Source of the DNA: Rhodospirillaceae bacterium
GTDB lineage: Bacteria > Pseudomonadota > Alphaproteobacteria > Rhodospirillales > UBA2165
Reading direction: 5' to 3'
DNA length: 64,000 nucleotides
NCBI GenBank assembly: GCA_002723345.1
Contig: PBNV01000003.1
Span: forward strand, 9,866-73,865
The notes beneath the pieces are model-generated. The model searched no databases. It had not been told where the DNA came from and saw only the letters and a list, made by a program, of their open reading frames with translations. Of the stretch, positions 34,799-43,393 are shown piece after piece; the stretch's first letter is position 1, and the number at the start of each line of letters is the position of its first letter. The translations under genes were made by a program, and so were the position numbers.

Positions 34799-35996
34799 GA
34801 CAGGAATAAAGCGCCCACTGGACGGGGTCCGCGTCCTCGAATTAGGTCAAATTATTGCCGGCACCTATGGAGGACAAATGCTCACCGATCTAGGGGCGGA
34901 AGTGATCAAGGTGGAAGCGCCCGTAGGCGATCTTGGTCGGCTCCCCTCTGTGGCTCCCTACAAACATTTAAGCGGGCTTTTTCTCACTTTTAATCGGAAT
35001 AAAAAATCCATTGTCATCGACCTAAAAACAGAGGACGGTTTGGCTGTCTTTTACGACCTGGTTAAAACTGCAGATATCGTTGTCGATAATTTCAGACCCG
35101 GCGTGCTAGCCAAGCTCAACGTGGATTATGATGACCTCAAGGTGATCAATCCCCGGATTATCCAATGCTCCGTCACCGGCTTTGGCTTGGAGGGCGAGTA
35201 TAAAGACCTTCCCGCCCTAGACATTATTATCCAATCTATCAGCGGCTTGCTGTCGATCACCGGCGAAAAGGACGGCCCGCCAGCCCGGGTGGGAATTCCA
35301 ATATCCGATCTGGGTGGCGGCATATTTTCCGCGCAAGGACTTTTGGCTGCCCTTTATGAACGTGAGAAAACGGGCGTTGGCCGACGGCTTGAAGTGTCCA
35401 TGTTCGACGCCATGCTAAGCCTGTCTAGCTATGTGGGAACCCTCTGGCTCACCAATGGTGAATTGGCCGAACCTATGGGAACGGCGCACGAATACACCGT
35501 TCCCTGGGAGGCTTTTGAGACCAAGGAAGGCTACCTAGTGATTGCCACCCGGCAAGACAAGTTCTGGGTCAAATTCTGCGAAGCCCTTAACCGGCCCGAC
35601 CTCGGCGAGGATGAGCGTTTCGCCACCAATCAAGGCCGGGTGACCCACCGGGACGTTTTAGTGCCAATGTTGGAGGAAATATTATCGGCACGGTCCGCCG
35701 CGGACTGGCTCAAGGATATGCGCAAATTTGATGTCCCGGCCGCACCAGTCAATAACATGAAACAGGTGTTTTCAGAACCGCCAGTGGCCGAACGGGAGAT
35801 GATTGTGGAATATGACCATCCAGAAGTCGGCCGCGTCCGCGTACCTGGTAATCCGGTGAAACTAGACGGTGTGACTGAGACGCTCTCGACACCCGCTCCC
35901 ATGTTAGGCGAGCATACAGACGCAATTTTGCAGAGTTTATTAAATAAATCAGATGATGACATCGCCGCGCTTCGGAAATCTGGAGCGGTGGCCTAA
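34788..35996 (+). CDS. family III (CaiB/BaiF) CoA-transferase
   Basis: RPLDGVRVLELGQIIAGTYGG.., with DNFRPGVLAKL and SDLGGG. There is no in-frame ATG or GTG near the expected N-terminus. TTG 34788 is the best candidate, so the start is uncertain. Confidence 0.82.
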   Translation: MASETGIKRPLDGVRVLELGQIIAGTYGGQMLTDLGAEVIKVEAPVGDLGRLPSVAPYKHLSGLFLTFNRNKKSIVIDLKTEDGLAVFYDLVKTADIVVDNFRPGVLAKLNVDYDDLKVINPRIIQCSVTGFGLEGEYKDLPALDIIIQSISGLLSITGEKDGPPARVGIPISDLGGGIFSAQGLLAALYEREKTGVGRRLEVSMFDAMLSLSSYVGTLWLTNGELAEPMGTAHEYTVPWEAFETKEGYLVIATRQDKFWVKFCEALNRPDLGEDERFATNQGRVTHRDVLVPMLEEILSARSAADWLKDMRKFDVPAAPVNNMKQVFSEPPVAEREMIVEYDHPEVGRVRVPGNPVKLDGVTETLSTPAPMLGEHTDAILQSLLNKSDDDIAALRKSGAVA

Positions 35997-36006
35997 GGAG
36001 GGACCT

Positions 36007-36462
36007 ATGGTTGGTTTGTATTGGGAAGAATGGGAAATCGGAGCGGAATTTATCACTGCTGGAAGAACAGTGACCGAGGCAGATATTGTTCATTTCGCTG
36101 GAATTTCTGGGGATTATAATCCTCTCCATATCAACGACGAGCATTGCAAAAAAACACAGTTTGGCGAGCGGATCGCCCATGGACCGCTGGTATATTCCAT
36201 AGCCACAGGTCAAGTGTTTCAACTCCATCTCTATGACGACACCCTGATCGCATTCTTAGGCTTTGACAGTCTGAAGTTTACGAAACCGGTACTGATCGGC
36301 GATACCATTCACGCCCGCCTCACGGTCCTGGAAACTCGGGAAACCTCAAAACCCGACCGAGGCATCATGAAACGCAAGTTCGAAGTACTCAATCAACACG
36401 GCGATGTTGTTCAGGATGGGGTCCAAGTCTTCATGCTTAAAAAGAAACCGGAGGCGGCGTGA
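36007..36462 (+). CDS. MaoC-like (R)-specific enoyl-CoA hydratase/dehydratase
   Basis: Start MVGLYWEEWEIG after AAGGAGGG. Hot-dog motif FAGISGDYNPLHINDEH. Confidence 0.85.
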   Translation: MVGLYWEEWEIGAEFITAGRTVTEADIVHFAGISGDYNPLHINDEHCKKTQFGERIAHGPLVYSIATGQVFQLHLYDDTLIAFLGFDSLKFTKPVLIGDTIHARLTVLETRETSKPDRGIMKRKFEVLNQHGDVVQDGVQVFMLKKKPEAA

Positions 36463-36466
36463 TCCC

Positions 36467-37327
36467 ATGACCTACCCCTTGATCACTCTCTATACTCCCG
36501 GTACGCGGCCGGAGCTCGCTCAGAAAGCCGAAAAGTACAACATCGATACAGTCATTGTAGACTTGGAAGATACCGTACCGCCAGATCTAAAGACAGAGAC
36601 GCGTGGCATCATTTCCGATGTCATACCGACGCTGCCCTACCGGCCCATCGTTCGTGTGAATAACGAACCACATTTATTGGAAGATGACCTCAAGGCGGTC
36701 GTGACAGGACACACAACTGCGGTTTTTTTTCCAAAGGCAGAAACCATTGAACAACTGCAAGAAGTCGACAAAATCATGGCGTCCGCCGAAAAGGCGCTTG
36801 GACTCGAAACGGCGTCCGTAAAACTTATTCTACAGATCGAGTCCGCACTTGGCGTACACAGGTGTTTCGATCTTGCAACCGCAGCAGAGCGCGTTGAGAG
36901 TGTGTCTTTCGGTAGCGCCGAAGACGGCGATTTACAGAGGGATCTCGGCTGCGACTTTTCCCTGGACGGCACCGAGCTATTGTACGCGCGGTCCAAAGTT
37001 CTCCTGGAATGCCGCGCTGCCAAACTTCCGTATGTGCTGGATGGTGCCTTTTCGGACGTGGGTAATGTGGAGGCATTCCGGACCGACAGCACCTTGTCCC
37101 GCCGGCTCGGCTATGACGGGCGCACCTGCGTTCACCCGGGCCAAGTTGATCCAGCGCGGGAAATCTATTCCATCTCAGAGGTGCAAAAGGCCTACTATAA
37201 AAAGGTTGTGGCCGAATTCGAGGTGGCACTGGAAGAGGGTGGGGCTTCCATCAAAGTTGACGGCAAAATGGTTGATAACGCTATGTATGTTCAGGCCAAG
37301 GCCGTGCTTGATCGATTCGGGGTCTAA
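36467..37327 (+). CDS. HpcH/HpaI aldolase / citrate-lyase beta (CitE)-like acyl-CoA lyase
   Basis: Start MTYPLITLYTPGTRPE, with ..DTVIVDLEDTVPP.. and ..LILQIESALG.., typical of CitE and malyl/citramalyl-CoA lyases. Confidence 0.85.
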   Translation: MTYPLITLYTPGTRPELAQKAEKYNIDTVIVDLEDTVPPDLKTETRGIISDVIPTLPYRPIVRVNNEPHLLEDDLKAVVTGHTTAVFFPKAETIEQLQEVDKIMASAEKALGLETASVKLILQIESALGVHRCFDLATAAERVESVSFGSAEDGDLQRDLGCDFSLDGTELLYARSKVLLECRAAKLPYVLDGAFSDVGNVEAFRTDSTLSRRLGYDGRTCVHPGQVDPAREIYSISEVQKAYYKKVVAEFEVALEEGGASIKVDGKMVDNAMYVQAKAVLDRFGV

Positions 37328-37380
37328 AAATCAGACATCTTCATCCTAAAAAATGGGCGACAGCCTCATACGGCCTTTGC

Positions 37381-37411
37381 AAAAAAGAGGCGCACCGGCA
37401 GGACGGGCGCC
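37381..37411 (-). terminator. intrinsic terminator of the alpha/beta-hydrolase operon
   Basis: The minus-strand RNA reads GGCGCCCG-uccugc-CGG(u)GCGCC followed by UCUUUUUUG. It lies 13 nt after the stop at 37424. Confidence 0.55.
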
Positions 37412-37423
37412 CTAGATATTCTG

Positions 37424-38629
37424 CTAAGGAACGATCTCGCGCCGCAAATCATGCCCGTCCGGCAATCCCTTCTCTAAGACATCCGCAATCCAATCGGCAA
37501 TACCCGGGTAAATATCTGCAGCAACTTCGCCCATGGGATGGAAGACATCCTCGTACATCCATAATTCTTTCGGACCGTTGAGCCGGTCCAACCAGGCGTG
37601 AACATCCTCTGGCGGTGTAAGCTCGTCCATTTCACCGGCGACTAACAGATACGCGCATTTGAGAGCATCCCCAGATGCCATGAAATTTTCGTCCATGGCG
37701 TCGGCAAATTTGTCAAACTCGGCCTCGTCGGAGATATCGGTCATATACATATAGATGCGTTTAAAGTTCGGTTGAGCTTGATTAAAGATCACATCAGTTG
37801 GGCCCACATTGGCCATCTGACCCACGACCGCTTTTACCCGATCATCATAGGCTCCGATCTCAACGGAATAACGACTGCCCATGCTCGTGCCAAAGACAGC
37901 TATCTTATCCGAGTCCACATCATCCCGCTTGACCAGCTCATCAATGACCGCCTCTCCGGCGCGGGCATAGTTGCCAACTTCCTGCCATACTTCATTGATG
38001 TTGCATTCCCCTTGGCCCGGGCCGTCCATAACACAGATGTTCATTCCGCGCCGCGTGAATTCGTTGTTATAAGGGTTGGGGGAATCCTCTTTGATAGCGT
38101 CCATTCCGGGTAAATATAGAACCGTCGGCTTTGGTCCCTCACCGGCTGCTTTATGAAACAGCGCGTAGACATTTTTGCCATTTTCAAATGGGATCACCAT
38201 CCGGGTGATCTCCCCACCCATCAAATCAATAAATTTGTCATAATTTTCCACCACGGCAGCGTGATAGGCATTTTTCTTGGCGTTTCCTTTAACCGGGATC
38301 AAGTGTTGGGCACGGCCATAATACAGTGCTGCTCGATGATAATGTTGTGCGGCTGTCACCTTATGGCCAGCCTTCATAGCCTCCTCAGCCAGTTCTTTTT
38401 GCCTATCAGCACCTTTGGCCCAGGCACGTGGGAAAGCGCGCCTGCCCGTGACTACACGGAAGATCCGCTCCATGTCACCATATTTGAACCCCCGCTCTAG
38501 ACGAATACCCATTATGCCGGGGTGCAGAATATCCTCATTGTCTGTAAGCTGAATGAAGTTATCGAAAATCCAGTTTTGAGATGCTCGGGCTGCTTGGCGA
38601 CGCATTGTTCCCTCCCTTAATACAGACAA
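37424..38629 (-). CDS. alpha/beta hydrolase (DUF1100 / dihydroxypseudooxynicotine-hydrolase-like, possible C-C hydrolase)
   Basis: 401 aa with the nucleophile elbow VFGTSMGS and an N-terminal helical lid region. It follows the TRAP permease after a 3-nt gap. Confidence 0.8.
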   Translation of the reverse strand: MSVLREGTMRRQAARASQNWIFDNFIQLTDNEDILHPGIMGIRLERGFKYGDMERIFRVVTGRRAFPRAWAKGADRQKELAEEAMKAGHKVTAAQHYHRAALYYGRAQHLIPVKGNAKKNAYHAAVVENYDKFIDLMGGEITRMVIPFENGKNVYALFHKAAGEGPKPTVLYLPGMDAIKEDSPNPYNNEFTRRGMNICVMDGPGQGECNINEVWQEVGNYARAGEAVIDELVKRDDVDSDKIAVFGTSMGSRYSVEIGAYDDRVKAVVGQMANVGPTDVIFNQAQPNFKRIYMYMTDISDEAEFDKFADAMDENFMASGDALKCAYLLVAGEMDELTPPEDVHAWLDRLNGPKELWMYEDVFHPMGEVAADIYPGIADWIADVLEKGLPDGHDLRREIVP

Positions 38630-38632
38630 AAT

Positions 38633-41125
38633 TTATGGGGCGGCAGGCTGGTCTTTACCACCCATCTGATAGATGAACATGGCGCTCATAACCAACGCGC
38701 CAAGGGCATACATATGGTAATTAAAACCTTCTTCGGATCCTACAATCCAGGCAATGAGCTCGCCGGTTGGCATGAGCAAACATAGGGCGCAGAAAAGCCA
38801 AATGAGCCTCTCGAAGGGCACCGGCCGACCAATTCCCCAGCCATCCAAGAATTTAGCCCAGCAAAATACTCCAGCGGTAATCGCAGCCACTGAAATACTG
38901 ATATCCAGAAGGGTACTATCCAGCAGTAGCGGGGTGTAGACGAACAGAAACGGCGTGATTAGAATCATGGAGGCTTGCTTAAGCGCCTGATTGCCCGTCT
39001 TTACAGGATCCGAGAGGGCAATTGAGCTTGCCGCATATGCTGCGAGCGCCACGGGCGGAGTTACTGCACTAACCACTGCCACCCAGTAGCTGATCATATG
39101 GGCAGCGATAGGAGGCACACCAAGTTCCGCGAGAGCACCGACCGCGAAAATCGCTAAGATCACATAACTCGCAACAATGGGTAAGCCCATCCCTACGATA
39201 TAGCCGGCCACGATCACCCAAAAAATAGTTAATGGTAACAGGCCAAAGCTGGCATCTACCAGCAACTGAGATACCCGGCCCGGGAGATCAGATTGCGTGG
39301 CAGCAGAGAGCAAGATACCCAAAACACCGGCGATGCAACTGACAACTAGCGTATTTTTGGCGCCCGCTTCAAGAGACACCCAAATGGTTCGGACGAGTTC
39401 CTTGAATACATCCAGAAGGCCTATGATCTCTAATGCTGAATTATCGTAACCGACACCCGCATTTGTAATTTCTTTTCGGGCGTGCGCTGGATCATCGCTC
39501 CGTCCAATAAATAGGATTTCGCCGAGCTTCAAAAGGATAAAGGTCAACAGAACCCAGTAGCCTGCATCACCAATACCAATTCCCACATCAGCATAGACAA
39601 ACCACATAAAAGGTGCGCCAACTTTTTCACCGAATAGGTAGACAAGCACGCCAACAAAGAGACTTATTATCAAGTACGGCCTCCAGGATATATTAGCGAC
39701 CCGCGTCGGAATCATCACCAATAAGTCCGTAGTTTTTAGCATGATTATGAGAATGATAGTTTTGGCCGCCGCCAAGAACGCGGAATCTCCAATCACCAAA
39801 AAAAATATCATCGCGGGGATGGGCAGCAGCAGATGCAACCTCGGCAAAATGCCGTCCCAAGACGGTAGTTCCGATGCTGGAACCCCATGCAATTTGTCGC
39901 GCCTTGCCCGGAAATATACTATCAAACCCACTGAGAGATAGTATAAGAGGGCAGGGATAGCGGCAATTTTGACTATATCGAAATAACTGGTTTCCGTTAG
40001 CTCGGCCAACAGGAAGGCGCCGGCTCCCATAATCGGAGGCATATAAGCGCCTCCAGTCGACGCTGCAGCTTCCACGCCGCCAGCAAATTCAGGGCGGTAG
40101 CCGACCCGTTTCATCAGAGGAATAGTAAAAGTCCCGGTGGTCATAACATTTGCCACACCACTGCCGGAAATCATCCCAAAGAAGCCACTGCTGATAACAG
40201 CAGCAAGTCCAGGTCCACCTGTTTTCTGACCCGTTAGGCGATAAGTAGTATTGATAATCAAGGCGCCAAGACCGGTTTTCTCAAGGAAAGCACCCAGAAT
40301 TACGAAGATAACGATAAAAGTGGCAAAAACCTCAACGATGAGCCCTAACATACCCTCTGTCGATAACATAAGGAATTCAAGAACCCGGGCCGTGCGATTG
40401 CCGGGGTGCTCCAAAATGCCAGGCAGGCTCTGGGCAATGGGTTCAAATGAATAAATAAAAAATAAAAATCCCAAAAGTGGAATGAGAGGTCCAACAATAC
40501 GACGCGCAATCTCAAAGCTGACCCCAGCCATCATGGTGCCAAAAATAACCAGCTCCGCTGGCACCCGACCACCCATATTTGTCTGAAGTTCTACAAGATT
40601 GACCCCCCACCAGGTCACCGAAGCAATCGCCGCCGCAAGGTACACGACATCCGAGATCACTAATCCATCGCCTCGGCCACCCCGATATGCCTCAAAAAAG
40701 TAGAGCGCGCCTCCTATCACCCCGCCGATAATACCTACAGTCCAAACGGTGTCAGTTACATAACGCCGCCAAAAATACTCCTGACCGCCTACTGCCCAGT
40801 GAAACAGGACGGCGATAGCACCCATAAGCATGACCATGGAAACAAGAGCAAAAAATTCGTCCAGCCAGACGAAGCCCTCCCTCAAAGAGCTCTGCCGGCT
40901 TTTAAAGAGAAGCAAAGACATCACAGCGACGCCCATAAAAAACGTGCCCTTGAAGATCTCTGATACTGGCGGGCCGAAGACTGCGATATGCAGAAAGAAA
41001 TATGAATATGCGACTGCCACGGTCGAAAAGAGAATTTTGGAAACTCTAGAGAGTTGTCTTGGCTTCGTCATTTCCTCACTGATGAAGCCGATTTTCATAA
41101 GGACGGCGACGGTTCCTGTGGCCAT
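38633..41125 (-). CDS. TRAP transporter fused permease (TAXI-type), unusually long
   Basis: 830 aa, more than 20 hydrophobic segments, with GGAYMPPIMGAGAFLLAE (compare GGQILPPLMGAGAFVM in system 1). Start uncertain (41125, 41098 or 41071). Confidence 0.88.
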   Translation of the reverse strand: MATGTVAVLMKIGFISEEMTKPRQLSRVSKILFSTVAVAYSYFFLHIAVFGPPVSEIFKGTFFMGVAVMSLLLFKSRQSSLREGFVWLDEFFALVSMVMLMGAIAVLFHWAVGGQEYFWRRYVTDTVWTVGIIGGVIGGALYFFEAYRGGRGDGLVISDVVYLAAAIASVTWWGVNLVELQTNMGGRVPAELVIFGTMMAGVSFEIARRIVGPLIPLLGFLFFIYSFEPIAQSLPGILEHPGNRTARVLEFLMLSTEGMLGLIVEVFATFIVIFVILGAFLEKTGLGALIINTTYRLTGQKTGGPGLAAVISSGFFGMISGSGVANVMTTGTFTIPLMKRVGYRPEFAGGVEAAASTGGAYMPPIMGAGAFLLAELTETSYFDIVKIAAIPALLYYLSVGLIVYFRARRDKLHGVPASELPSWDGILPRLHLLLPIPAMIFFLVIGDSAFLAAAKTIILIIMLKTTDLLVMIPTRVANISWRPYLIISLFVGVLVYLFGEKVGAPFMWFVYADVGIGIGDAGYWVLLTFILLKLGEILFIGRSDDPAHARKEITNAGVGYDNSALEIIGLLDVFKELVRTIWVSLEAGAKNTLVVSCIAGVLGILLSAATQSDLPGRVSQLLVDASFGLLPLTIFWVIVAGYIVGMGLPIVASYVILAIFAVGALAELGVPPIAAHMISYWVAVVSAVTPPVALAAYAASSIALSDPVKTGNQALKQASMILITPFLFVYTPLLLDSTLLDISISVAAITAGVFCWAKFLDGWGIGRPVPFERLIWLFCALCLLMPTGELIAWIVGSEEGFNYHMYALGALVMSAMFIYQMGGKDQPAAP

Positions 41126-41178
41126 GGCAGTGATCCAGTTTAAAAAGCTAAATAATATTGAAAGTGAACACAGAAGGA

Positions 41179-41205
41179 GCGCGAGAAGATGGTCTCTCCT
41201 CGCGC
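41179..41205 (-). other. intercistronic stem-loop between the TAXI receptor and permease genes
   Basis: GCGCGAGAAGA-tggtc-TCTCCTCGCGC pairs at 10 of 11 positions. No U-tract follows. Confidence 0.4.
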
Positions 41206-41252
41206 CCCAACTCTCTGCGTCAAATCAGGCACTTCTCAAAATGCCCGCCGGA

Positions 41253-42242
41253 TTAATATCCTTTAACGAGACCATCCGGCATCTTATAGCCGCGGGTTTT
41301 CCAATATTTAGCAGCAGCCGGATGAACCGGGATTTTCACTGTTTTTAGGTTTGAAAAATCACCGTTCAACGTCCTCCAATAGCCAGCAGTAGCAGCAAGT
41401 TTCTTGAGGTTTGCCGGCTTTGCCGCAACTTCGAGCATTGCTTTAATAGCAGCAGCTGACATTGATTTGTGAGCGAGCCAATAAACGTCATAACCAATTG
41501 ACTTGGCTGGTTCTTTCATGCCGCGGACATCTTTCTGCACCGGTATTGTTACCGGAGAGTAAAATGGGTTCGCCTTAACTACGGCGGCTTGTTCCGCATC
41601 GGACATGCCCACGTAACGCACTGGCTTTGAAATCGAAAGCTGTGTGATAGCTGGGATCAGGAACGGCGCACCTGCAGAGCAATAAACGTCGATTTGACGG
41701 TCACCAAGCGCCCGCGCAGAGGCAGAAAAACCCAGGTTACGGACTTTTATCGAGTCCATGAGACCCGCGCCCTTCATTATATTATTGCAGTTAACGTTTG
41801 AGCCGGAACCTTTATTGAGAAGATTAACAACCTTCCCTTTCATATCCGAGAAGGTTTTGATGGGGCTGTCAGCTAGCACAACAATAAGCTGCGTTTGTTT
41901 TCTGACATTCCCGACGATACGAAAGTCTTTACTGGCTCCATCACGTTTAAAGAGCCCAATACCATTCCACGACTGAAACGCTTGACCAACATGACCCCAC
42001 GCTGTGTGAAAGTCCCCCAACGAAACTCGGCGAACATTATCGACGGAACCATTGGATGGGGAATAATTAAACTTAAACTTACCGCCGAGTTCACTGTTTA
42101 GAAGTTGCGCTCCCGCGCTGACTGCTGGGTGCCATCCACCACCTGCAGGACCACCACCGATCCGATAGTTTTCAGCCGCCTGAACAGCCGTTGTCATGGC
42201 CATTGCCGCGCCAACGGCTATAATACCTTTTAACATGCTCAT
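41253..42242 (-). CDS. TAXI-family TRAP transporter solute-binding protein
   Basis: Start MSMLKGIIAVGAAMAMTTAVQAAE (signal peptide) after GGAGA. 329 aa. Confidence 0.88.
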   Translation of the reverse strand: MSMLKGIIAVGAAMAMTTAVQAAENYRIGGGPAGGGWHPAVSAGAQLLNSELGGKFKFNYSPSNGSVDNVRRVSLGDFHTAWGHVGQAFQSWNGIGLFKRDGASKDFRIVGNVRKQTQLIVVLADSPIKTFSDMKGKVVNLLNKGSGSNVNCNNIMKGAGLMDSIKVRNLGFSASARALGDRQIDVYCSAGAPFLIPAITQLSISKPVRYVGMSDAEQAAVVKANPFYSPVTIPVQKDVRGMKEPAKSIGYDVYWLAHKSMSAAAIKAMLEVAAKPANLKKLAATAGYWRTLNGDFSNLKTVKIPVHPAAAKYWKTRGYKMPDGLVKGY

Positions 42243-42270
42243 TCTAATCTCCCTGATACACAAATAGAAA

Positions 42271-42290
42271 AATTTTCCTTTTGGAAAATT
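42271..42290. promoter_or_regulatory. 20-bp palindrome AATTTTCC-TTTT-GGAAAATT in a divergent promoter region (candidate operator)
   Basis: Perfect 8-bp arms read directly from the sequence, between the TAXI operon start (42242) and the TauD start (42357). Statistically weak on its own. Confidence 0.3.
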
Positions 42291-42356
42291 AAGCTTACTA
42301 TGATGCAATTTTACGAATCAAGCAAATCCGATATCTTGAGGTAAAGGGAATCCCCG

Positions 42357-43388
42357 ATGACAGAAATCATTCAAAATCAAATTACTTCTGCGGATGCATG
42401 GATCGGGAGCGAAATGCAACGAACTGACGATTGGGTCTGGAATTTGACTGAGGAAGATCTTAGCGAAATTACGGAAGCTTTGTCCCATACAAAGAGAGCC
42501 GGAAGCGAGATTCCCTTCACCGCAGACGCCTTTCCACTTGGCTCTTTTCGGAAGAAATTAGATCAGATTGTTGACTCTGTTACCCATGGAACCGGTGTTG
42601 CTTTTATCAGGGGCATCTCCCGAAGCGACTATTCTGATCAAGATTGTGAGCTACTCTATTGGGGGTTAGGTGTCCACATTGGTCGTCCCGTCTCTCAAAA
42701 TAGCCGAGGGCACCTTTTAGGTCACGTCACGGACGAAGGCAAAGATCTGAGCGATCCGAACGCCCGGGGATACCAAACGCGTAACCGGCTCGATTTTCAT
42801 TGTGATCAACTGCCAACCGACATTATTGGTTTGTTTTGTCTGCGCGGCGCCAAATCTGGAGGCGCGAGTTATTTGGTTAGTGCGCCTGCCGTTCACAATG
42901 TCTTGCTTGAAGAGCGCCCAGATATGGTCACGCCACTTTATGAGATGTTCCATATAGACTGGCGGGGAGACCACCCAGACGGTGGCCAGCCTTGGTACGA
43001 TATGCCAATGTATTCTGCATCAAGGGGAAAACTGAGCGCACGTTTTACCAACCGCGCTTTCATTGAATCGACAACGCGCTATGGAGATCATCTGGCAGCA
43101 ACCGATGAACAGTGGGAGGCCTTGGATGTAGTGCAAGAAATTGCGAACCGTCCGGAACTTCGCCTAGAAATGGATTTTCAGGAGGGTGATATTCAACTCA
43201 TCAACAACCTCACAGTTATGCACGCCCGCCAGAGTTATGAAGACTACGAGGAACCTGAGATGAAAAGGCATTTGCTTCGCATGTGGATAGGTCTGCCGGA
43301 CGAAAAAAGGCGACCTCTCTCACCCTTATTAGATGAACGTTACGAATATGTTCGCAATGGTGGTATTCCGAAACAGGCAGCGGCTTAA
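42357..43388 (+). CDS. TauD/TfdA family Fe(II)/2-oxoglutarate-dependent dioxygenase
   Basis: 343 aa with an HxD facial-triad candidate (LDFHCDQ), the distal His in LTVMHARQ, and RHLLRMWI at the C-terminus. Confidence 0.82.
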   Translation: MTEIIQNQITSADAWIGSEMQRTDDWVWNLTEEDLSEITEALSHTKRAGSEIPFTADAFPLGSFRKKLDQIVDSVTHGTGVAFIRGISRSDYSDQDCELLYWGLGVHIGRPVSQNSRGHLLGHVTDEGKDLSDPNARGYQTRNRLDFHCDQLPTDIIGLFCLRGAKSGGASYLVSAPAVHNVLLEERPDMVTPLYEMFHIDWRGDHPDGGQPWYDMPMYSASRGKLSARFTNRAFIESTTRYGDHLAATDEQWEALDVVQEIANRPELRLEMDFQEGDIQLINNLTVMHARQSYEDYEEPEMKRHLLRMWIGLPDEKRRPLSPLLDERYEYVRNGGIPKQAAA

Positions 43389-43393
43389 AGACA

